From positions 282,162,001 to 282,226,000 of the forward strand of contig OZ024741.1 of assembly GCA_964016885.1 (NCBI GenBank): 64,000 bases of DNA. Reading direction: 5' to 3'. Position 1 is the stretch's first letter; the number at the start of each line of letters is the position of its first letter. The translations under genes were made by a program, and so were the position numbers. A model generated the notes under the pieces. It ran no database searches. It worked only from the letters and a program-made list of their open reading frames with translations, and was not told the origin of the DNA. Below are positions 1 through 10,731 of this stretch, in pieces. Source of the stretch: Eledone cirrhosa (lineage: Eukaryota).

Positions 1-2033
1 GGGCAATAATAAATAGTAGGGGGCTAAGAACAGAGCCCTGATGAACACCAACTTTTACGCTAAACTCTTCACTATATTCATTGTTAATTCTAACTTTGCT
101 GACTGTTTCTTTATACATGGCTTGTATAGCTCTCACAAGCCATTCATCAACACCTAGTTTTCTAAGAGCCCACCAGATAATGGAACGGGGGACTCTGTCG
201 AAGGCTTTCTCCAAGTCGATAAAAGCTAAGTATAGAGGTTTACTTTTAGCTAGGTACTTCTCCTGTAGTTGTCGTACAATGAAAAGAGCGTCTGTGGTAC
301 TTTTACCTGACACAAACCCGAACTGCATTTCATCTAGATCAATTCTCTCTGATTAGTTGCGCTATTACTTTTTCTGTGACCTTCATGACCTGGTCGATTA
401 ATTTAATGTCTCTATAGTTATTCCTATCTAGGGCATCTCCTTTACCCTTGTAGCAGTTAATGATTATGCTGCTATGCCAGTCCTTCGGAACCACCCCATT
501 CTGTATGACTTGGTTTACTATCCGGGTGACCATGGTGTGTCCCACCGTTCCAGAAGCTTTCAGCATTTCAGCAACTATTTCCGAAGGCCCAGCCGCCTTA
601 CCCGTCTTTATATCTTTGATTGCCTTACTTATTATACTACCTTCGACTAACACTGCTGGTCCCTCTATTGGATCGATGTGGGGAGACTGTCTTTCTCCCA
701 TTTATTCTCCTCATTTAGTAGCCTTTCGTAGTGGCACTTCCAAGCTACCTTCTTATCAGCGTCAGTGATGGCAAGTACACCATCATCATTAAGGACACAC
801 TTCTTCCCAACAATATCACAGTTTTCCTTGACACATTGCCTAGCAATCCTGAACACCTCACGTTTTTGGTCCTCGCGTTGTAGAACATGCTTGAACTTTC
901 TTTCCTCTGCTTCCCTTCTTGCGAAGTACACTTGTCTCCTAGCTTCCCTCCTGGCCACTTGATAGTCTTCTCTACTTCCTCCATCCTGCCATACTTTCCA
1001 AGCCTGCTTTTTGGCCTTAATTGACTCCTCCACCTTACTGTTCCACCACCACGTTACTCTCCTCCTGCCTATAGGCCTGCTCCAGCCACAGACTTCGTCT
1101 GCCGACATCAGCAGGTTTGCTTTCAGGAATTCCCACTGTTTTTCTGTATTGTACGACTCTAAATGCTCTTCCTTACTGTCGAAAGCATCAAGTAATATGC
1201 TTTTAAATTTATTACTGGCTGTGGGGTCCTTTAGCTTCCATATTTTTCTCCTGAGGATAGTCTCCTTCTATTGTCGAGTACGTCTCGTCCTGACTATGAG
1301 GTCGCTAATTATCAGTCTATGTTGGGAGGTGCATTCTTCATGGGGGAGGGATTTAGTGTTTACAACAGACACTCTGTCACGTCTTCTGGTAAGGATATAA
1401 TCTACCTGGCTGATATGTTCCCCTGATCTGTAGGTGATCAAGTGATTGTCTCGTTTTTTAAAGTTAGTGTTACAGATAGTTAGGTTATTTGCGTCACAGA
1501 ATTCCAGGATTCTGGAGCCTTCCTCATTTCTAGTACCAAACCCATAGCCTCCGTGGATTCCGTCATAGCCATCACAATGTTGTCCAACGTGACCATTTAG
1601 GTCGCCAGCAATAATTATATAGTCACTGTCGGTTATTTGGGAGGTAGTGAGCATCAGTGTCTCATAGAATCTGTCTTTTATAGCGCCAGGCAGTCCGGAT
1701 TGGGGGTGTGTAAGCAGATATTACTGTCACAGTAGTTCTATTTAGAACAAGTCTTATTTTAATTATTCTGTCATTCACTCTATTTACGTCTATTATCTTA
1801 TCCACCTATTTTTCTGCTAACACGATTCCTACCCCACACAGTCCATTGTCATTTCTCACCCAGAAAAGCTTATAGCATCGTTTTTTACCCACAATGAATC
1901 TAGCAGACCCGCCCCTCCACCTGGTCTCTTGGATACAGTAAACATCAACCTCCTTACGTTCAAGCATTTCTACAACCTCGTTAGAGCGGCCTTTTAAGGT
2001 GCCTACATTCATGGTACAGGTGCCTACATTCAT
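1..2033 (-). mobile_element. RTE-clade LINE, degenerate (APE endonuclease plus RT N-terminal part), runs off the window
   Basis: NVGTL..CIQETRW, GDLNGHVG, VDYIL, SQHRL, KGKGD..NYR, QFGF; frameshifts and stops. Confidence 0.92.
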
Positions 2034-2127
2034 ATATGTTTATGTATACATATATATATGTTTATGTATATATATATATATATGTTTATGTATGTATATA
2101 TATGTTTATGTATATATATATATATAT

Positions 2128-2348
2128 ATGGATGTATATATAATGTATTTTGCAATACACTTTATGCTTAATTAAAAGCATTTTGAAGACCGTAAGCTAT
2201 TGTTTTAAAGTAGTGACAAATTCACTTACTTTGATCTCAGCAAACAGGGGAGATAAGCCGACAAGTCTTGTTTCGCTTTGGTTGAAGCTTATCAAGGCCA
2301 ACTACCCTGCATAAAGTGTATTGCAAAATACATTATATATACATCCAT
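2128..2348 (-). mobile_element. PLE-like pLTR remnant with ~37-bp terminal inversion in (TA)n
   Basis: 2130-2167 is the reverse complement of 2309-2346; contains a hammerhead motif. Confidence 0.65.
2257..2298 (-). ncRNA. Type I hammerhead ribozyme, U3-A8 variant
   Basis: GCC-UUGAUAA-GCUU caacca AAGC-GAA-ACAAG a CUUGU-C-GGC. Confidence 0.75.
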
Positions 2349-2586
2349 ATATATATTGCTATTTCAGAGCTCCAATTCTAATATATATATATGTTTATGT
2401 ATATATATATATGTTTATGTTTATGTATATATATATGTTTATGTATATATATATATGTTTATGTTTATGTATATATATATATATATATGTTTATATTTAT
2501 GTATATATATATATGTTTATGTTTATGTATATATATGTATATATATATATATGTATATATATATATGTATGTATATATATATGTTT

Positions 2587-3984
2587 ATCATCATCATCAC
2601 CGTTTTACGTCCGTTCTTCCACGCTAGCATGGGTTAGACGGGTTGTCCTGTTGTGGGCAGTGTCTGGTCGGCTGACCATGCCTTGCTCATACAGGAACTG
2701 ATTTGGCTTGATTTCTACAGCTGGATGCCCTTCCTAACACCAACCTCATTTACAGTGAGTGCTGGGTGCTTTTTCGTGGCGCCTACACGTCCACTTTACA
2801 GTGTGGGCTGGGTGCTTTTTTGCCGTGGCACCTCCACGACCACCTTGTAGTGGCATATTGTCTATATGCTTCAGCTTGTACCCATGGGAGGTCGGGTACT
2901 CTGTATAACTGCATGCCGCCAGAGGTCACGGTCGTGTGTCATTGCCTTTGAGAGGTGTAATTGGGTAAGGTCGGCTTTTATCACCTCATCCCAGGTCATC
3001 TTGGGTCTCCCCACTCTGCGGTTTCCATCGACTTCTAGTGCTCTGCACCTTTTTATGCAGCTGTCATCCTTCATACGCATTACATGTCCATACCAACGCA
3101 ACCGCCTCTCCTGCACACAGCATTTGATTCCTCTTATGCTCAGTTTCTCTCTCAATTCATTTATGCTTTGTCGTTCACGTATATTACTGTTACACATCCA
3201 TCGGAGCATGCAGGCTTTGTTTCTCTCTAATCTACGTCAGTCTTCCACCTTCAGCGCCCAGATCTCACTACCATGCAACATCGTTGTTCGGATACACGCA
3301 TTATACAGTCTGCCTTTCATTTTGAGGGAGAAGCCTTTTGCAGCTAGCAGTGGGAGTAGTTCCCTAAACTTCTTCCATCCCGTTCTTACCCTAGTTATTG
3401 TACTTTCTGAACACCCACCTCTGCTGCTAATTCGGTCACCTAGGTAGCAGAAGCTGTCTACTGTTTCTACAGAGCCCTCCCAGAGATTGGTGGTACTTGT
3501 TTCCTGTGGCTGTTTGCTGCTTGCTGTCCCAGTACAGCTGCTGCATGTGAAGCCTACATTCTTAATTAAGCTTCCTGAGATCCCGCTACATCTCTTGTGT
3601 ACCCATTGTTTGCATTTGGGGCAGAGAATGGAGTTCCTACCTACACCTTTCCTACATACTGAGCAAGGCCATTTCTCTGAGGGGATCTGGGTTCTGTTTT
3701 CTCGTCTACTTACAAGGACCATAGTCTTTGAGACCCTTTCTTTCTAGTTCTACCATAGATTCAGCTATAAGTGCGAGGTCATCAGCATACAGGAGTTCCC
3801 ATGGGTATCCGGTCTTAAACTCCTCCGTTATTGCCTGCAAGACTATGATGAACAGGAGGGGCTAAGAACAGAGCCCTGGTGGACCCCAACCTGTACGCTA
3901 AATTCCTCGCTATACTCATTGCTAATCCTAACTTTGCTGACTGCTCCCCTATACATGGCTTGTACCGCTTTCACAAGCCATTCT
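2587..3984 (-). mobile_element. RTE LINE, 5'-truncated, (GAT)n tail
   Basis: RT C-terminal part, PHD finger, RRLRWYGHV, 3' UTR. Confidence 0.92.
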
Positions 3985-4795
3985 AAGTTTTCTAGGGAAC
4001 TACTACCACTGCTAGCTGCAAAAGGCTTCTCCCTCAGAATGAAAGGCAGACTGTATGATGCGTGTATCCGAACAGCGATGTTGCATGGTAGTGAGACCTG
4101 GGCGCTGAAGGTGGAAGACTTACGTAGATTAGAGAGAAACGAAGCCTGCATGCTCCGATGGATGTGTAACAGTAATATACGTGAACGACAAAGCATAAAT
4201 GAATTGAGAGAGAGACTGAGCATAAGAGGAATCAAATGCTGCGTGCAGGAGAGGCGGTTACGCTGGTATGGACATGTGATGCGTATGAAGGATGACAGCT
4301 GCATAAAAAGGTGCAGAGCACTAGAAGTTGATGGAAACCGCGGAGTGGGGAGACCCAAGATGACTTGGGATGAGGTGATAAAAGCCGACCTTACCCAACT
4401 ACACCTCTCAAAGTCAATGACACACGACCGTGACTTCTGGCGTCACGCAGTAATACAGGGTACCCGACCTCCCATGGGTACATGCTGAAGCATATAAACA
4501 ATATGCCCCCCTCCCCCCCACCGCAAGGTGGTCGTGGAGGTGCCACGGCAAAAAAGCACCCAGCCCACACTGTAAAGTGGACGTGTAGGCGCCACGAAAA
4601 AGCACCCAGCACTCACTGTAAATGAGGTTGGTGTTAGGAAGGGCATCCAGCTGTAGAAATCAAGCCAGATCAGTTCCTGTATGAGCAAGGCATGGTCAGC
4701 CGACCAGACACTGCCCACAACAGGACAACCCGTCTAACCCATGCTAGCGTGGAAGAACGGACGTAAAACGGTGATGATGATGATGATGATGATGA
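3985..4795 (+). mobile_element. RTE LINE 3' fragment, (GAT)n tail
   Basis: Nearly identical to 27138-27936. Confidence 0.92.
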
Positions 4796-5036
4796 CATAT
4801 ATATATATATATACATATATATACATATATATACATATATATACATATATATACATATATATATACATATATATACATATATATACATATATATATATAT
4901 ATACATATATATACATATATATATATATATATACATATATATACATATATATATATACATATATATACATATACATATATACATATACATATATATACAT
5001 ATATATATATACATATATATACATATATATATATAC

Positions 5037-5067
<31 letters not shown>

Positions 5068-5076
5068 CATATATAT

Positions 5077-5109
<33 letters not shown>

Positions 5110-5260
5110 TATATATATACATATATATATATACATATTTATATATACATATATATATATACATATATATATATACATATATATATACATATATATATAT
5201 ATATACATATACACACATATATATATATACATATACATATATATATATATAGAGAGAGAG
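4796..5260. repeat. (TA)n/(TATACA)n microsatellite
   Basis: Direct reading. Confidence 0.97.
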
Positions 5261-5390
5261 AGGTTATATTTAATTTGTTGGGATTCAACAAGCTTAAACA
5301 TTTTTATAACTTATATAAAGCACTCAACAAGTTAGTGGAGTAAATATACAATATATTAATAAATGGAAACTATATTTATAAAACCATAAT

Positions 5391-5456
5391 TATTTTATTA
5401 TATATATTTCAAGGGCGACCAAGGTAAATTATGGGGCGCTTTCATCAGATAAAATA
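5391..5456 (-). ncRNA. Type I hammerhead ribozyme (mirror copy)
   Basis: Reverse complement of 5594-5659. Confidence 0.7.
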
Positions 5457-5593
5457 CAGATTTGTTTTATAAATAAATATTGACATACCCGGAAAAAAGA
5501 CAACCTTAATGGTTGAAATTCTATCAGCGAATTTCAACCGTTGATGTTGTCATTTTTCCGGGTATGTCAATATTTATTTATAAAACAAATCTG

Positions 5594-5659
5594 TATTTTA
5601 TCTGATGAAAGCGCCCCATAATTTACCTTGGTCGCCCTTGAAATATATATAATAAAATA
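5594..5659 (+). ncRNA. Type I hammerhead ribozyme
   Basis: UAUUUUAU-CUGAUGA-AAG..CUU-GAA-AUAUAUAU-A-AUAAAAUA. Confidence 0.7.
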
Positions 5660-5690
5660 ATTATGGTTTTATAAATATAGTTTACATTTA

Positions 5691-5743
<53 letters not shown>

Positions 5744-5914
5744 TTTGAGTGTGTACACATACATATTTAAATTATAAATTAGTGTTTAAGTTTTGTTAGT
5801 GAATAGACAAAAAGAAGATAAACACCAAAATGTTTTCTGACAATCAGACTTTAGAAATTATACATCGTACTTTCATTTATATTTTATTTTGAAGTAGTAT
5901 ATTATATTTTGCAA

Positions 5915-5924
5915 TATGTGTGTG

Positions 5925-5974
<50 letters not shown>

Positions 5975-6320
5975 CACATATGCACTTACACACACAGATA
6001 CACATACATATATATATACACATGCACTTACACACACACACACATTTATATATATATATACACACACACAGACACATACATGTATGTATGTATGTATATA
6101 TAACACACACACACATATATATATATATAAAAACATACATATATGTAGGTGTGTATATATATATACACATATGTATACACACACATATGTATATACTTAT
6201 ATATACACATCTATACACACACATATATGTATATATATATATATGCATACACATGTATATATATACACACATATATAAATATATATACATATGCATATGC
6301 ATATATATATATACATATAT
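5915..6320. repeat. (CA)n/(TA)n compound microsatellite
   Basis: Direct reading. Confidence 0.95.
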
Positions 6321-6510
6321 ATCATCATCATTTCACGTCCGCTTTTCCTTGCTTGCAAGGGTGGGATGGGTCCTCTCTTTAGCACAGCATCTCTCCATTT
6401 GTCACAGTCCTTCGTCATCTCTTCTGTGAGCTTCAATGATCTGAGGTCAGCTCTCACCACCTCCGCCCATTTTTTTGTGGTCTTCCTCTATCGCGACTTC
6501 CTTCCACTGA
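6320..6510 (-). mobile_element. RTE LINE (family B) 3' tail
   Basis: DLRSLKLTEEMTKD.DKWRDAV followed by (GAT)n. Confidence 0.8.
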
Positions 6511-6572
6511 TGATGCTATATATATGCACACATATTACACATATATATATATATGTGTGTTTGTATATTTGA

Positions 6573-6603
<31 letters not shown>

Positions 6604-6716
6604 AGTCACTTATATTCAGGCTACAGAATCTTCATCTTTTCATAGGTGGAATGGAAAAAGGCTTGAGTGAAATGAAACACGCCCATGCACACACACACAC
6701 ACACTCACGTACATAT

Positions 6717-6758
<42 letters not shown>

Positions 6759-7333
6759 CACACATAGCAGACATGCACGCACAACCAATTACATATAGAA
6801 AAGATTGAAGAGAAACTGTATGCACCTGAGTTGGATGATAAAGGAAGCATATAGATATGGCATGACTTGAGTCTGTTTGAAACTTAACAAAATGAAAAGC
6901 TTGTAGCTCTGAAAGATACTGTTGTTGATCACAATTCACAGGACACAGAAGAATAATAACAAATTAAAATGTTTGAATATATTTTGGCAATGCAGAGCAT
7001 TTTGTAGAACAGTTTTTAGAGAATGTCAAGTAATTGGCCATGACAGTTTAAAATCGAGTTAATTTGAAACCCATGTTTTGAACTGTATACCATAACAGCT
7101 GATACTGATTACCATAGCAATGACATAATGGAATGTTTGTGGTTTTCCATTTTTTGCATTTGTTTTAGAATTTATAATATTGATTTCTTCTCCATCTGTT
7201 TAATTGTTTTTAACAAGTTTTTTTATCTTGAGTTTTTTTTTATCTCAAGTTTTAAAAGGCAAACAAAATCAAAGATTTTTTTTTTATCCTTTGAAAATAA
7301 TAATAATAATAAAAAATAATAAATTGAGCAATT

Positions 7334-8459
7334 CTATCTCTTATCGAACATTTGTCTCAGTTCATTGATTTTTTTCTTTGATTCTGCATTATTTGAGTCT
7401 GAATAATCTTGTTTATCTTCTTTGGGAGTTGGCTGTTGTTGGTTATAACGGGTCGGACTAGTTATTCGTTGTGATTTAACAGGCTTTGTTACTGTGGAGG
7501 GAGGTGAGGTTTTTGGTTCTCTTTTTGTAGTAGTGCTACCAACAGGTTTCAGTCCAGCTTTGGCTAACTGAGCTGGCGTTAAAGAGCTGTGTACCTGTCG
7601 TTCAGATTCTGATCTATTAAGATTTACTAAATTCTTTTGAAGAGGGGGAAACAACTTATCAGCTGACGATGCTGATGGAGAAGCTTGTGTGTATTTGGGA
7701 GATGCTCTAGCTTTAGGTTGTGGGTTGTTGTCTCGTTTGGGTGGGGTGGGATTTGATTCTGATCTCACAAGATTTGAAGCCAGAGCTCGTGCTTGTGGCC
7801 GTGGAGGTTTTTCTTTAGTTCTCTTGAGAGAGGAAGGTGATGTCATGTTATGGTAAACAGCATGATTACTGTTGTGGTCAATATTGGAGCTACTGTTTGG
7901 ATTTTCTGATGATGTATTCATATATAATGCATCCTCATCCTCATGGCCAAGGAGATGCTGGGAAACAGCATTCTCTCGATTATTTCTCTCTACAGGATAT
8001 AGTCTTGGTGATTGTGTCCCTAACTGACGACTTTCATCAGGCTTCAGGGGTGGTGGCTTTTGAGGACGATCAGAATGATTGCGACGCAATTTTACTGGAC
8101 GTTTTGTTGTAGCCAAGCCACCCTTGATGTCTGCTGTGTGTATATTAGGGAGATTCTGTTCAGAAAAGGCTGCCGATCGACGATTCGTAGTACTAAGCAG
8201 TACTGGGCTTGAAATATCCTTGGTCATAATAGCACTAAGTGGCCGAGCAGCAGATCGTGGTTCTCTCCTAGGAATATCAACATCCTGTGGAGCTTCAACA
8301 TGTGTGACTAATGCTTGAGAATTACTATTGGTACTGTGTGTCAACATTGGATTTGAGATGGGTGGGCCGAGCCTACCTGTCCGACTTTGTCGATTGTTAT
8401 CTGTTCTAGTTGGTAAATGAACTTTAGGCAGTTTTATATTTGTTATTGCAGGAGGTAAA
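7334..8459 (-). CDS. ADAM last coding exon, Pro/Ser-rich cytoplasmic tail
   Basis: ttcacag acceptor at 8460; in frame with ORF 7334..8347; ends in TAG. Confidence 0.9.
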
Positions 8460-10628
8460 CTGTGAAATTAAAAACAAGAAAATAATTCAGTAATTGAATT
8501 AAAAGATGTTTATAATACAAAAAGAAAAAGAAAGAGAAAAGAAAGGGAAAGGTGGGAAGGAGCAGCAGACTACACCCCAGTCTATGTAATACATCTCAGC
8601 CATGGGGGAGGGAGCGACAGATTCTACACCCCAGTCTAGATGGTACATCTCAGCCGTGGGGGAGCGACAGACTCTACAGCCCTGTCTAGGTGGTACATCT
8701 CAGCCGTGGGGGAGCGACAGATTCTACAGCCCAGTCTAGGTGGTACATCTCAGCCGTGGGGGAGCGACAGATTCTACACCCCAGTCTAGGTGGTACATCT
8801 CAGCCGTGGGGGAGCGACAGATTCTACACCCCAGTCTAGGTGGTACATCTCAGCCGTGGGGGAGCAACAGACTCTACAGCCCTGTCTAGGTGGTACATCT
8901 CAGCCGTGGGGGAGCAACAGACTCTACAGCCCTGTCTAGGTGGTACATCTCAGCCGTGGGGGAGCAACAGACTCTACAGCCCAGTCTAGGTGGTACATCT
9001 CAGCCGTGGGGGAGCAACAGACTCTACAGCCCAGTCTAGGTGGTACATCTCAGCCGTGGGGGAGCAACAGACTCTACAGCCCAGTCTAGGTGGTACATCT
9101 CAGCCGTGGGGGAGCAACAGACTCTACAGCCAAGTCTAGGTGGTACATCTCAGCCGTGGGGGAGCAACAGACTCTACAGCCCTGTCTAGGTGGTACATCT
9201 CAGCTGTGGGGGAAAGAGTGACAGACTCTACACCCCAGTCTAGGCGGTATATCTCAGCTGTGGGTAGGAGTTGCTGACTCTACACCCCAATCTAGGTGGT
9301 ATATCTCAGCTGTGGGGGAAGGAGTGACAGACTCTACACCCCAGTCTAGGTGGTATATCTCAGTTATGCCCTGGTGGACAAAATACCAAAGGCATTGTCA
9401 CGGATAGGGTGGGATAGGATTTGTCATGGGTGGGATAGGATTTTTTTAGCAATGTTTTACAGCTTGATGCCCCAAATCCCCAAAATTGATAAAAAAAATA
9501 ACGAGAATGGTAGATGAGATGTTTATCCAGTGACTGAATAGATAGGAATCTGAGGAGATAGTTTATACTTACTGAATATTGAAATTACTCTTCTTCTTCC
9601 AACACTGAATGAGATCATTTCTTCGCCGATATGCACAAATGAGTACAATAATAATTATAATCAAAAACAGTGTGATCAGCACGATAGTTAAGACAGGGCT
9701 TTCTATAATGACAACAAGTGAAAGAAAAGAAAGAATAATTCAGCAGAGTATAAACAAAATTAAAATACAAACAACAATAGTGACGGTATCATCATTATCA
9801 TCATCATTTTTACATCAACTTAACAATGATGCCATGAGTTAAACAGATTTTTAGAGACAAAGTTTATGTGTGTTTGTCTATATATATATATTTTTGTGCA
9901 TATATATATATATATATATATATTTACAGTTTGTTTACAAAACAAAGAATTTAAGAGTTTAAGGCATTTGATAACTGACAATTGTTTCTACCCAGGTTAT
10001 GCTACATATAACAAATCATTTTATTTTACACCTAGTAAATGAGTAAAATTTACTCTCATTCACATTACTATCGATACTTTTCTTTTATTTATTATACTCT
10101 CTTTACCTCCTTTCTTTCCGCATCTAAGTGTACGAGTGTCCAGGCGTTTTTATGCGCGCGACTTTATATTCTTATTTTTACGAAGTAACCATTTCTGTCT
10201 GTATAATACAGACATATAGATACATTTGCCCTAAATTTTTATAATTACGCACACTTTCTAACCATACATTTACACGTGCACATATACATATATGCACATC
10301 TATGAGCGTATATACATACACATACACACACCTAACTATTCTTCTTGATAGATTTTTATATATTTCAATTTCTATTTCATTTATCTATATATTTTTTTGA
10401 TATATTTTTTTGATTTTCTTGATGTGTTTTTCTAAGTATTTGCCCATGTTTTATATTGCCTCGTCTGACGAACGAATGAAGTCGTTTATTTCGTATTCGC
10501 CTCATTCGGGAAACCTCTGGTAATGAGGTAATTATATTGTATTGATTTTATACATTAAATTTTGCTCTGATACTCACATAGAGCACTCTTCATTTCTATG
10601 ACCTTTTCTGTTTCCAACTGAAATTTCA

Positions 10629-10680
<52 letters not shown>

Positions 10681-10681
10681 G

Positions 10682-10731
<50 letters not shown>

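Larger units (their letters stand above)
5261..5699. mobile_element. PLE-like pLTR fold-back; ~170-bp arms, 7-nt loop at 5522-5528
   Basis: Palindrome 5351-5699 flanked by (TA)n; same family at 40630-40820. Confidence 0.75.

Noticed and set aside
4670-5343. Long YI/IY-rich ORFs (also 2278-2701, 5873-6429, 39560-40157, 63143-63860)
   Set aside because: Translations of (TA)n/(CA)n microsatellites
8560-9365. CRISPR-like array
   Set aside because: Contiguous tandem units with no unique spacers; eukaryotic intron; no cas genes
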